From a bacterium (lineage in GTDB: Bacteria > Elusimicrobiota > Elusimicrobia > Elusimicrobiales > UBA9959): a stretch of DNA of 64,000 nt. Numbering within the stretch: position 1 is the first letter of the stretch; each line of letters begins with the position of its first letter. Below the pieces are notes generated by a model. It was not told the origin of the DNA. It ran no database searches and saw only the letters and a list, made by a program, of their open reading frames with translations. Shown here one piece after another: positions 19,172 to 28,071 of the stretch. The stretch spans positions 206,153 through 270,152 of the forward strand of contig JAJZPF010000001.1 of the NCBI GenBank assembly GCA_021811315.1, written 5' to 3'. The translations under genes and the position numbers were made by a program.

Positions 19172-20638
19172 ATGTTTAAAAATATAATAGGCGCTTTTTT
19201 CTCCGTCATAGTCCTCGGCCTTCCTTCTTTTTCCCAGTCTTTCGACCTGGCTTCCGTCCGCGCGGACGGCCTGCCCGCAGCAGAGGTCCCGGCGGTCTCA
19301 GCGGGCCCCGCCGCGCTTACCCCGGCCGAGCCAAAAGAATGGACCATAATTTACTATTCCACCACCAAGGACAAGCTCAGCGGCTCTTTCCTCTCCCAGC
19401 TGCTTCAGATGAAAATGACCGGGAGCACGGATAAGGTCAATGTGGTGCTGGAGGGCTCTTTCCCGATGCATATGGCGGACGGGTCCATCTCCACCCCCAC
19501 GGTGCGCATGGCCATAAGCCGGCCCTGGACCCTGGCGCTCGCGGAGCAGAACCTTGCCTCCTCCATAGGCGACGACGGGACCATCAAAGAGGGCTTTCTC
19601 CCGGCTTTGGCCGAGGACCTCGTAAGCACCGAGTACAATGCCGATAGCGGCGACTGGCGCCGCGCCGCCGCTTTCGCCAAATGGGCCAAGACCAACTATC
19701 CCGCCAGGCATTACGCTTTCGTAATGTTCGGCCACGGGAACGGATTTTTAGATCCGAAGAAAAACGACAAAAGCACGCTGATAGACACGGATACCCATAA
19801 TTACGTGACCGTGCCCGAGATGCGCCTTCTGATGGCGGAGGCCGGCAAAGTGGATATTCTGGTAATGCAGTCCTGCCTGATGCAGATGGCGGAAACCGTC
19901 TGGCAGGTCAGGGACTACGCCGAAGCCGTGGTGGGGTCCAGCGAGCTGATGTGGTCCGCTGGCTACGATTTTCCCGGCATGATAAATCTGCTGACCGCCA
20001 AACCCGGCATAGCCGTCCCCGACCTGGGCGCCTGGCTCGCGAACAGCTATGTCGAGAAGGTTAAAAAAGGCGGGAAAAGCGGCCATGCCTCCGTGATACT
20101 CACCGACAAGCTCCCCGGCTTCGCCGAAAAGATAAACGCCTGGGCCGACGCGGTCATCGCTCTCAAGGACAGGCACCTTCTCTACCCGGCCATAGAAAAA
20201 GTGGTCAGGTTCGATATTTTCGGCGTCACGGCGGCGGACCCCGCCAATGCGGCCGCGCCGGCCGTGGTGGCGCAGGCTGCCAATGTCTCGCTTTCCGGCG
20301 ACCTGTACGACTTCGTGCGGCTTACAAATGAAAACCTTGCCGGTGATTCAGCCGAGGTCGCGGCAGCGCGCGCCCGCGGCACGGAACTTATGGACTATAT
20401 CTCCGGCACCCTCGTAAGCTCTTATGTTTCAACGGGTAAAAGCGCGGCCGGTTCCGATTTCTCCCTGGCGCGCGGGATTTCCGTCTCCCTGCCGCAGCAG
20501 CGCTACCTGACGCTGCCCGAGGCCAGGAACCGCGCCCCCGGGCTGGAAACTATTTATTGGGACATCCCTTTCGTGAAAGAAACCAAATGGGGCGCCCTGC
20601 TGCACTGGCTGTACAATCACAAAACGGCGGCCCGGTGA
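19172..20638 (+). CDS. Secreted clostripain-like cysteine peptidase (C11 family)
   Basis: 488-aa ORF. Signal peptide. WTIIYY...KVNVVLE, a His motif FVMFGHGNGF and a Cys motif ILVMQSCLMQMAE, matching the C11 His/Cys dyad context. Confidence 0.75.
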   Translation: MFKNIIGAFFSVIVLGLPSFSQSFDLASVRADGLPAAEVPAVSAGPAALTPAEPKEWTIIYYSTTKDKLSGSFLSQLLQMKMTGSTDKVNVVLEGSFPMHMADGSISTPTVRMAISRPWTLALAEQNLASSIGDDGTIKEGFLPALAEDLVSTEYNADSGDWRRAAAFAKWAKTNYPARHYAFVMFGHGNGFLDPKKNDKSTLIDTDTHNYVTVPEMRLLMAEAGKVDILVMQSCLMQMAETVWQVRDYAEAVVGSSELMWSAGYDFPGMINLLTAKPGIAVPDLGAWLANSYVEKVKKGGKSGHASVILTDKLPGFAEKINAWADAVIALKDRHLLYPAIEKVVRFDIFGVTAADPANAAAPAVVAQAANVSLSGDLYDFVRLTNENLAGDSAEVAAARARGTELMDYISGTLVSSYVSTGKSAAGSDFSLARGISVSLPQQRYLTLPEARNRAPGLETIYWDIPFVKETKWGALLHWLYNHKTAAR

Positions 20639-20654
20639 TATTCTGGAGGATCAA

Positions 20655-21812
20655 ATGAACAAACTTTCCATCTTGGCGGTTTTCCTGGCAGGCGCCTGCT
20701 CCGCCGCTTCGGCGGCCGAACTTACCGAGCTCAGCCCGGCCGCGATCAGGCAGGCGGCGGTGGCCGAGCCTTCAAAGCCGGCCCCGGTCACCCCTCCCGG
20801 AGTGACCATAGCCTCCTACTCCACCGACGAGACGGTGACTTTCGAAAGCCAGGCCAAGCCGGCCATGGACGCGCGCATAAACGCCCTTAAGGCCGCCGGC
20901 ATAACCACTTTGGGCGGCCGCGTCGTCCCGCTGGGCAACGATTACTCCTACGTCATCGATTATCTCCCCACCGTGAAGAACGGCGCGGCCCTCCCGCCCG
21001 CCGTGCTCGTGGAAACCTACAAGAACGGCGCCTCCTACTGGCTCGACAGCGAAGCGACGGCGGCCATGACCGCCTGCGCGGCCAATTTCCGCGCGGCCAG
21101 GCTGGCCGTGGTCGGCTCCTACCTTTACGACGCCGGCAATGACAGCGCTTTCGCCGTGGATTACCTGGTGAAGAACGCCCTGCGCCCCACGCAGGAATAC
21201 GACGTTAAATTCCAGAACTATACCGGCGGGAAATTCACTTTCGAGACCGAGGCGCTTAAAGCCGTCCCCTCCTACCTGGCGATGTTCAAGCAGGCCGGCG
21301 TCCCGGCTATCCGCGGCAAAGCCGTCGCGCGCCAGGACGGCGACTACGCGGTCCTGGTCGAATATGTAGTGAAGACCAACAGGTTCGGCGCCAGGCCCCA
21401 GTATTCAGTTTCCCGCTATGACGCCCGCGAAGTTTTCCCCTTCGATAAAGACGCGCTGAAGGCTTCCAAGGCGCGCCTGCCCGACTTTACCGCGGCCGGC
21501 GTCCCCCCGCTCTCCTCCGTGGTCAGGCAGGAAGGGAACGATTACTCTTACAGCGTCGACTTCCTGGTAGAGAACATCTACCAGCAGGGCGGTACGATCC
21601 CCTCCGCCGCTATCGAGACCTACCAGGCCCCCGAGACTTTCACTTTCGATACCGAGGCGAAAAAAGCCATGGCCGAAAAAGCCGCTGCCTTCAATGCCGC
21701 CGGCCTGCGCGTGGTAGGCTCCGCGGTCACCGGTTCCCTGGGCAGCTTCACCTACGTCGTAGACTACGTGGCTAAAGCCGGCCAGCCCGGCCCCGTCCCC
21801 CAGTACCGCTGA
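20655..21812 (+). CDS. Secreted protein made of five ~68-aa tandem repeats (unknown function)
   Basis: 385-aa ORF. Signal peptide. The repeats end in NDYSYVIDYL, DSAFAVDYLVKN, GDYAVLVEYVVKT, NDYSYSVDFLVEN and GSFTYVVDYVAK. 16-nt gap after the C11 peptidase gene. Confidence 0.7.
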   Translation: MNKLSILAVFLAGACSAASAAELTELSPAAIRQAAVAEPSKPAPVTPPGVTIASYSTDETVTFESQAKPAMDARINALKAAGITTLGGRVVPLGNDYSYVIDYLPTVKNGAALPPAVLVETYKNGASYWLDSEATAAMTACAANFRAARLAVVGSYLYDAGNDSAFAVDYLVKNALRPTQEYDVKFQNYTGGKFTFETEALKAVPSYLAMFKQAGVPAIRGKAVARQDGDYAVLVEYVVKTNRFGARPQYSVSRYDAREVFPFDKDALKASKARLPDFTAAGVPPLSSVVRQEGNDYSYSVDFLVENIYQQGGTIPSAAIETYQAPETFTFDTEAKKAMAEKAAAFNAAGLRVVGSAVTGSLGSFTYVVDYVAKAGQPGPVPQYR

Positions 21813-21830
21813 ACGCGGCCCTGAAGCTTT

Positions 21831-21866
21831 TTAATCCCGGGTGAAAGCCCGGGATTAATTATTTTC
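21831..21866 (+). terminator. Rho-independent terminator
   Basis: ttaatcccggg-tgaaag-cccgggattaa followed by TTATTTT. Confidence 0.75.
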
Positions 21867-21913
21867 GGGACTTTATTATAAGCCGCCAGGCTTCAAATTG
21901 CTAAAATCTTTTC

Positions 21914-23674
21914 ATGCCGGAAATTAAAGTTCTTCCAGAGGACGTCGTCTCCAAGATCGCCGCGGGCGAGGTCATAGAGCGCCCGGCCTCCGTCCTCAAG
22001 GAGCTCCTGGAGAATTCCCTGGACGCCGGCGCTTCGAAGATCGAGATCGAAATAAAAAAAGCCGGCCGCGGCCTCATCCGCGTGCACGACGACGGGCGCG
22101 GCATGGACCGCGAGGACCTGCGCCTTTCCCTGGGCCGCCACGCCACCAGCAAGCTCGATGTTTTCGAGGATATCTATTCTCTCGCCACTTTCGGTTTCAG
22201 GGGCGAGGCCCTTTACTCTATCTTCGCCGTTTCCCGCCTTAGAATAACCTCTTTCCGCGCCGGGGCCGACTCGGGCTACGCAATAGAGGGCGAGGGCGGC
22301 CGGGTGATAGCGGAACTGCCCGCCCCGCCGGTGAAGGGCACGACTATAGAAGCGGCGGACCTGTTCTTTAACACGCCCGCCCGCGCCAAGTTCATGAAAA
22401 GCGACGCCTCGGAGCGCGCGCAGCTGATAAAGACGGTCGAGGAGGCCGCGCTGGCCAACCTCGGCGTTTCTTTCCGGCTGGTTATCGACGGCGCGGAGAT
22501 CCTTTCCCTGCCGACGCTGCCCGGCGGGCTCTGGGAGAACCTTAAGAGCCGGGCCTCCTCCATCTTCGGCAAAAGCACCTACGGCGGCATGGCCCGCGTC
22601 GAGGGGAAAACCACCGGCATGGCCGTGTACGGCCTCGCTTCCCGCCCGGACGCGCTCTGCGCCACCCGCGTCAACCAGCATTTCTTCGTCAACCGCCGCC
22701 CCGTCGCCTCGGCCCTGCTGCGCCAGGCCTTTTACCGCGGCTACGGCCATATGCTCTCCGGCCGCCACCCCGCCTGCGCGATCTTCGTGGAGCTTGACCC
22801 CGGCTCTTTCGACGCGAACATCCACCCGCAGAAGCGCGACGTGAAATTCTCCGGCGAGAACGAGATCTTCAAGACCGTCTCCAACACTATTTACGAGGAG
22901 CTGCTTTCGAAGCAGACCGCCGCCGTGAACATGACGGCGCCCGCCGGGGAGGTGAAGTTCGGCTCGCCCGACGTACCCGCTTACAGGGAGGCGGCCGCGC
23001 CCCCTCCCGCCGTCGCCGAAACCGGCGGTCTTTTCGACCAGCCGGCCGCCGCGGCGCCGCAGCCCGCCGTTCCCGCCGACTGGCGCGGGCATGAACTGAA
23101 ATACCTCGGCCAGCTGGCCAAAAGCTATTTGCTTTTCGAATGCGAGGCGGGCCTGCTTGTCGTCGACCAGCACGCGGCGCAGGAGCGCGTTCTTTTCGAA
23201 AAATACCTCGACGAGTTCTCAAAAGGCTCGATAAAGGTGCAGCCCCTGCTGGTCCCGCTCGAAACCGAGCTCTCCCGCTCGCAGATGGAAACCGTCCTTA
23301 AATGGCGCGACTGGCTAAAGACCGCCGGCTTCGAAATAGACCAGCGCGGCCCGGCCGTCGCCCTGCTGCGCGCCGCCCCGGCGCTCTTCTATTTCACGCA
23401 GCCGGCCTTCTCGGAGTTCCTCGGCTACCTGTCCGAGGTCCTGGGCGAGCCTGAAAAAGCCGCCGAGGACATGAAGCGCAATATCATCGCGACCATGGCC
23501 TGCAAAAAATCGATCAAAGCCCACGACTTCGTTAAGCCGCAGGAAGCCCAGCGCCTGATGGAAGACCTGAAAAAAGCCGGGGACGGCTACCACTGCCCCC
23601 ACGGCCGCCCCACCTTGTTCCATCTTTCCGGCTCCGACATCGCCCGCCGCTTCCAGCGCTCGGCCGCGCTCTGA
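21914..23674 (+). CDS. mutL: DNA mismatch repair endonuclease MutL
   Basis: 586-aa ORF. N-terminal GHKL ATPase motifs (IAAGEVIERPASVLKELLENSLDAG, DDGRGM, TFGFRGEAL). C-terminal HCPHGRP motif. Confidence 0.95.
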   Translation: MPEIKVLPEDVVSKIAAGEVIERPASVLKELLENSLDAGASKIEIEIKKAGRGLIRVHDDGRGMDREDLRLSLGRHATSKLDVFEDIYSLATFGFRGEALYSIFAVSRLRITSFRAGADSGYAIEGEGGRVIAELPAPPVKGTTIEAADLFFNTPARAKFMKSDASERAQLIKTVEEAALANLGVSFRLVIDGAEILSLPTLPGGLWENLKSRASSIFGKSTYGGMARVEGKTTGMAVYGLASRPDALCATRVNQHFFVNRRPVASALLRQAFYRGYGHMLSGRHPACAIFVELDPGSFDANIHPQKRDVKFSGENEIFKTVSNTIYEELLSKQTAAVNMTAPAGEVKFGSPDVPAYREAAAPPPAVAETGGLFDQPAAAAPQPAVPADWRGHELKYLGQLAKSYLLFECEAGLLVVDQHAAQERVLFEKYLDEFSKGSIKVQPLLVPLETELSRSQMETVLKWRDWLKTAGFEIDQRGPAVALLRAAPALFYFTQPAFSEFLGYLSEVLGEPEKAAEDMKRNIIATMACKKSIKAHDFVKPQEAQRLMEDLKKAGDGYHCPHGRPTLFHLSGSDIARRFQRSAAL

Positions 23675-23700
23675 AATAACCCGGTTCAGGAGAAATTCGC

Positions 23701-24459
23701 ATGGAATGGCTGATAGATCCCCAAATTTGGATAGCGCTGATAACTCTGACCGTGCTCGAGGTCGTCCTCGGCGTGGACAATATCATCTTTATCGCCATCC
23801 TGGCCGGCAAGCTGCCCGAGTCGCAGCGCGACAGAGCGCGGCGCACCGGGCTGGCGCTGGCGATGCTGACGCGGATAGGGCTGCTCCTTTCCCTTACCTG
23901 GATCATGAAGCTCACCGCGCCGCTGTTCACAGCGCTCGGGCGGTCCATCAGCGGCCGGGACCTGATCCTGCTCGTCGGCGGCCTGTTCCTCATCGCCAAG
24001 AGCACCTTCGAGATCCACGAAAAGCTGGAGGGGACGGAGGGTCACAGTTCGGCGAAGGCCGCGGCCACTTTCCGGGGCGTGATCGTCCAGATCATGTTCC
24101 TCGATATTATTTTTTCCCTCGACTCGGTGATAACGGCCGTCGGGATGGCGCAGCAGGTGGGCGTGATGATCGCGGCGGTGGTGATAGCCGTGATGTTCAT
24201 GATGTGGTGGTCGCGCGCGATCGGCGAGTTCGTGGAGCGCCACCCGACCATCAAGATGCTCGCGCTGAGCTTCCTGATCCTTATCGGCGTCAATTTGGTG
24301 GCGGACGGCCTGGGCCAGCATATCCCGAAGGGCTATACCTACTTCGCCATGGCCTTCTCGGTGATGGTGGAGATGATCAATATTAAAATGCGGTCGCGCG
24401 CGGAGAAGCCGCTGCATTTGCGCGAAGCTTATACCGAAACCGCGGCCCCGGTAAAATAA
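23701..24459 (+). CDS. TerC-family integral membrane protein
   Basis: 252-aa ORF. LEVVLGVDNIIFIAIL and FSLDSVITAVGM are the duplicated TerC signature segments. Confidence 0.9.
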   Translation: MEWLIDPQIWIALITLTVLEVVLGVDNIIFIAILAGKLPESQRDRARRTGLALAMLTRIGLLLSLTWIMKLTAPLFTALGRSISGRDLILLVGGLFLIAKSTFEIHEKLEGTEGHSSAKAAATFRGVIVQIMFLDIIFSLDSVITAVGMAQQVGVMIAAVVIAVMFMMWWSRAIGEFVERHPTIKMLALSFLILIGVNLVADGLGQHIPKGYTYFAMAFSVMVEMINIKMRSRAEKPLHLREAYTETAAPVK

Positions 24460-24463
24460 CTTA

Positions 24464-24802
24464 TTACGGTTTTCGGACGTGGTGCGGCATGGCGGACGGG
24501 AGCTCGAGCGAGATCTCGACCAGACCGGCTGGTTTCCCGTCTTTCAGCCACGGCGCCTGGTGGATAAGTTTTTTTACTCCGTTCTTTTCTATCGTATAGG
24601 TATTGGAGCTATTGCCGGTCAGCATCTTTTTGATCATGGTCCGGGACTTTTCGGCGTGGCAGTCCAGCAGGCTCTTTCCCACCAGGCCGGCCCCGCCGAA
24701 CTTGGCGAAAGCCGCCGCGGCTTTTGCGTTCATCTCGGTAATTATCCCGTCCGCGTCGCAGACCGTGATAGCGAAGTCAACACCGTCTTTCCAGTTTTCC
24801 AT
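24464..24802 (-). CDS. Stand-alone PAS-domain protein
   Basis: The in-frame ATG at 24802 (MENWKDGVDFAITVCDADGIITEMN...) gives a 112-aa PAS-like fold. The longer track ORF (to 25000) would overlap the nitroreductase gene. Confidence 0.65.
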   Translation of the reverse strand: MENWKDGVDFAITVCDADGIITEMNAKAAAAFAKFGGAGLVGKSLLDCHAEKSRTMIKKMLTGNSSNTYTIEKNGVKKLIHQAPWLKDGKPAGLVEISLELPSAMPHHVRKP

Positions 24803-24820
24803 ATAATTATCCCGTTCTTT

Positions 24821-24846
24821 GATCCCCGATTCTCGATTCCCGATTC
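24821..24846. repeat. Third copy of the 14-nt tandem-repeat element seen at 16073-16098
   Basis: gatccccgattctcgattcccgattc against gatccccgatcctcgattcccgactc: 24 of 26 identical. Sits in the PAS / nitroreductase divergent intergenic region. Confidence 0.6.
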
Positions 24847-24863
24847 TTCTTATATTATAAAAT

Positions 24864-25418
24864 ATGCCTATGCATGAATCCCGCTTTCTCAGGCTGGCCG
24901 CTGAGCGCCGCAGCATCCGCAAATACACTAGCACCCCCGTGGAAAGGGCGAAGCTGGACCTCTGCCTGGAGGCCGCGCGGCTCGCGCCCTCCGCCTGCAA
25001 TGCCCAGCCTTATAAATTCGTGGTCATAGACGAGCCGGCCCTCAAGGAAAAATTCTGCGCCGCGGCCTTCAGCGGTGTCTACGCCGCCTGCAAGTTCGCG
25101 GCCTCCGCGCCGGCCATGGTAGCTGTGGTTTCAAGCAAGGGCAAGATGAGCGCCTGGCTGGGGAACCAGGTGCAGGACACTAATTTCCGCCTGATGGATA
25201 TAGGCATAGCCGCGGAGCATTTCGTCCTGGCGGCGGCGGAGCAGGGCCTTGGGACCTGCTGGCTCGGCTGGTTCAGCGCTAAGGGCGCCGCGAAAGCCCT
25301 CGGGCTGGGCGCGGGAAAGAAGGTAGAGGTCCTGCTGTCGGTCGGCTACCCGGCCGAAGCCCCCGCCCCGAGGCCGAGAAAGAAAAAAGAGGAGTTCTGT
25401 TCCTACAATAAACTATGA
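24864..25418 (+). CDS. Nitroreductase-family protein
   Basis: 184-aa ORF. RRSIRKYTSTPV and LEAARLAPSACNAQPYKFVVI motifs. Confidence 0.85.
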   Translation: MPMHESRFLRLAAERRSIRKYTSTPVERAKLDLCLEAARLAPSACNAQPYKFVVIDEPALKEKFCAAAFSGVYAACKFAASAPAMVAVVSSKGKMSAWLGNQVQDTNFRLMDIGIAAEHFVLAAAEQGLGTCWLGWFSAKGAAKALGLGAGKKVEVLLSVGYPAEAPAPRPRKKKEEFCSYNKL

Positions 25419-25765
25419 AAATAAACTTTATCATCCTCGCCCTGCTTCTGGCCTGCCCGCCCGCATTCGCCGAAGCCGACTGCTCTAAAAACCAGGACGC
25501 CTGCGCCGCGGGAACTAAAAAAATGTCCCCCTTCGTCGAGGCCTCCCTCCGGGAAAGCACGCCTCCCCATATCGAGGCCGCCGCCAGGAAAGTCTCCGCC
25601 CCCGCCGCCGCGGCTTCTTCCGCCGCGGCCCAGGTCCCGGCAGGGATCCCTTCCGAGCCCGGCGGCCGGCTTTCAAGCCCGGCCTGGCTGCTCCTCGTGA
25701 TCGCCGGGTTTACCGGGCTTTATTTTTACCTCCGCGAGGGATCTAAAAAAAGGAAACGCAAGTGA
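25415..25765 (+). CDS. Small secreted/membrane protein (unknown)
   Basis: 116-aa ORF. N-terminal signal peptide, Ala/Pro-rich middle, C-terminal TM plus KKRKRK. ATGA overlap with the nitroreductase stop. Confidence 0.5.
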   Translation: MKINFIILALLLACPPAFAEADCSKNQDACAAGTKKMSPFVEASLRESTPPHIEAAARKVSAPAAAASSAAAQVPAGIPSEPGGRLSSPAWLLLVIAGFTGLYFYLREGSKKRKRK

Positions 25766-26442
25766 CCCTGGATTACGGCGATTTCACCCGGGCCTCGAAT
25801 ATTATCCATTGGCTGCAGGGCGGCGCCCTGCTGACCCTCGGGGCGGCAGAGGCCTGGTCCCTGGATAATAAAGGGAAGAAGATCGCTCAGGCCGCTTCGC
25901 TGGCCCTGGCGGCCTTCGGCGCGGCTATGCTGGTAACCATGCTCGCTCTTCCCGGCGGCTGGAGCCTGGAGCAATTGTCCCTGGCCCTCCAGGCGCGCCG
26001 CGGTTTCCACCTCTTCATAGCTTTCTCCTGCCTCTTCTGCGCGGCCGGCCTCAGCCGGTTCATGTATGAATCTTTCGGGCGCGGCTTCTGGCGCGCGGTC
26101 TTTTTGATCCTGCTCGCTCTGACGGGAACGCTTTACTTCGCGATGGCCTGGCGCGTTAACGAGGAAGCCTGGCGCCAGGTCCTGGTCTGGCATTCGGCCA
26201 TCGGTTTCACCCTGCTCCTGGCCGTGGCCGTAAAAACGGCCGACGTTTTCCTCGGCCGCCGCGCCCTGCGCCTGGCCTGGGCGGTGCTGCTCCTGATGGC
26301 TGGCCTGCAGCTCGTCACTTACAGGGAAGCGTCCGAAGCTTTCGCCCCCCATTTGGTCACTTTGGAAAGCGCCCCTGTGGTTCCGCCTCCCGCCGCACTT
26401 AAAAATGAAAGAATTACTGATAAAAAACGGCCTGCTAATTGA
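25762..26442 (+). CDS. Integral membrane protein (unknown)
   Basis: 226-aa ORF with a GTG start overlapping the upstream stop (GTGA). About 6 hydrophobic helices. The 3' end overlaps pyrC by 38 nt. Confidence 0.5.
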   Translation: MTLDYGDFTRASNIIHWLQGGALLTLGAAEAWSLDNKGKKIAQAASLALAAFGAAMLVTMLALPGGWSLEQLSLALQARRGFHLFIAFSCLFCAAGLSRFMYESFGRGFWRAVFLILLALTGTLYFAMAWRVNEEAWRQVLVWHSAIGFTLLLAVAVKTADVFLGRRALRLAWAVLLLMAGLQLVTYREASEAFAPHLVTLESAPVVPPPAALKNERITDKKRPAN

Positions 26443-27676
26443 CCCGGTCTCAGGGGAGGCTCACGCCGATATCCTCATCGAAGGCGGCCGGGTAAGCCGC
26501 CTGGCCCGCTCAATTAAGCCCCCGCCCTCCTGCGAGATCCTGGACGCCGCCGGCTTATGGATCTTCCCGGGTTTTATAGACGTCCATGTGCACGCCCGGG
26601 AGCCCGGAGCCGAGGCGGCCGAGACGCTGGAGAGCGCCGCGCGGTCCGCCGCCGCCGGAGGCGTGACCTCCGCCCTCCTCATGCCTAACACTTTCCCGGC
26701 GATGGCCACCGCCGCGCTGGTGAGAAAATACCGCCGCCGCGCCGCGAAGCTCCCGGTCAATTTTTATTTTTCCGCCGCCGCCACCGCCGGCCGGTCCGGC
26801 AAAAAAGTCTCCGGCCTGGAGGCACTCAAAAAAGCCGGGGCGGCCGCCTTTACCGACGACGGTTCCTGCCTGCCCCGCGGCCTTCTCTCCGCGCTTCTGA
26901 AAAAGGCCGCCGCGCTGCGCCTGCCTCTGATGGACCACCCCGAAGATCTTTCAAGGACCGGCTGCGGCGTCATTAACGCCGGCCCGGCCGCGCGCAGGCT
27001 TAATTTGCCGGGCATCCCGCAGGAAGCGGAACTCCTGGCCGTGCTGGCGGATATTCTTGCCGCCTCCTCGGCCGGGCCCATCCACCTGCAGCACCTGAGC
27101 CTAGCTTCTTCCGTCGCCGCCCTGCGCGCGGCAAAAAAGATGGGCTGGCCCGTTACCGGCGAAACCTGCCCCCATTATTTCACTCTCTCCGACGCGGATA
27201 TAAAAAAAGACGACGCTGATTATAAAATGAAGCCGCCGCTCCGCTCCCCGGCGGACCGCCGCGCCGTGCTCGCCGCCCTGGCGGACGGGACAATAGACCT
27301 TATCGCTACCGACCACGCTCCTCATGAAGCAAGGCTCAAATCAAAAGGTTTCAAAGGCTCTCCTTTCGGCATTATCGGCCTTGAAACTCTGGCGCCGCTC
27401 TGCGTGACGGAGCTGCTCCTGAAAAAAATAATCGGTAAAAAGCGCCTGGCGGAACTTCTTTGCCTGAACCCCGCCCGGATTCTCGGCCTTAAGAAAAAAG
27501 GCCGCATCGCTCCCGGCTTCGACGCTGACCTTTCTATTTTGGACCCGCGGCTTCAAAAGCGGGTCCCGGAAGTTTTTGTATCGAGATCTTCAAATTCCCC
27601 CTTCAAGGGCAGATCTTTACGCGGCTGGCCCGCGGCGACCATAGCTGCCGGTAAAATAATTTTCCGTCGCGCCTGA
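26405..27676 (+). CDS. pyrC: Dihydroorotase
   Basis: 423-aa ORF. LLIKNGLLIDP, metal ligands FIDVHVHAREPG and ATDHAPH. Confidence 0.9.
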   Translation: MKELLIKNGLLIDPVSGEAHADILIEGGRVSRLARSIKPPPSCEILDAAGLWIFPGFIDVHVHAREPGAEAAETLESAARSAAAGGVTSALLMPNTFPAMATAALVRKYRRRAAKLPVNFYFSAAATAGRSGKKVSGLEALKKAGAAAFTDDGSCLPRGLLSALLKKAAALRLPLMDHPEDLSRTGCGVINAGPAARRLNLPGIPQEAELLAVLADILAASSAGPIHLQHLSLASSVAALRAAKKMGWPVTGETCPHYFTLSDADIKKDDADYKMKPPLRSPADRRAVLAALADGTIDLIATDHAPHEARLKSKGFKGSPFGIIGLETLAPLCVTELLLKKIIGKKRLAELLCLNPARILGLKKKGRIAPGFDADLSILDPRLQKRVPEVFVSRSSNSPFKGRSLRGWPAATIAAGKIIFRRA

Positions 27677-28071
27677 TCAACTGCTATAGATCGGCTTTAT
27701 AATAAATTCTACTAACAGAACCGGCTCTCTCTTCTTTTTTTATCCGCTTTTTTAAGTATTTTAATTATCATTAATACTGTTGATAAACGGGCAAAGTCTG
27801 TCAGCATACCGGCTTTTTGTCAGCACTGTCAGTTATTTTGGACAGGTTGTTGATAACTTTTTCTTATGATTTTCGCCTGATTCACATTATTAACAACTCC
27901 TCTTATAGATGACTATGATTATGAAATTAGATACTACTCTAACAACCCGGAAGAAAGAACTTTTTAAACAATAAACTTCCTGGGTAAGAAATTACAGGCT
28001 GCCTGGAAAAACACCAGGCTGGGAGAGACGCCGTTTCCAGGCCGTAATATTGCTAAAATAAATACACAACT
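27677..28071. other. 395-bp AT-rich intergenic region with repeated motifs and a 9-bp stem upstream of pyrD
   Basis: TGTTGATAA at 27778 and 27848, with an inverted TGTTAATAA at 27887-27895. TGTCAGCA at 27799 and 27818, with TGTCAG at 27827. Stem gcctggaaa / tttccaggc (28001-28009 / 28034-28042). No ORF of 60 aa or more. Confidence 0.5.

Noticed and set aside
23675-23700. yybP-ykoY (manganese) riboswitch upstream of the TerC-family gene.
   Set aside because: The intergenic gap is only 26 nt (AGGAG plus spacer), far too short for the ~100-nt riboswitch.
24464-25000. 178-aa version of the PAS ORF.
   Set aside because: The N-terminal extension overlaps the nitroreductase gene and its promoter region. 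The PAS fold begins at the internal ATG at 24802.
27677-28071. PyrR-type attenuator or a bona fide oriC in the pyrC-pyrD spacer.
   Set aside because: No match to the PyrR binding loop (UCCAGAGAGG) and no terminator T-run after the stem. The DnaA-box-like 9-mers are few and imperfect. Flanking gene orientation (plus-strand genes on both sides) does not fit an origin. It is reported only as an unexplained regulatory-looking spacer.
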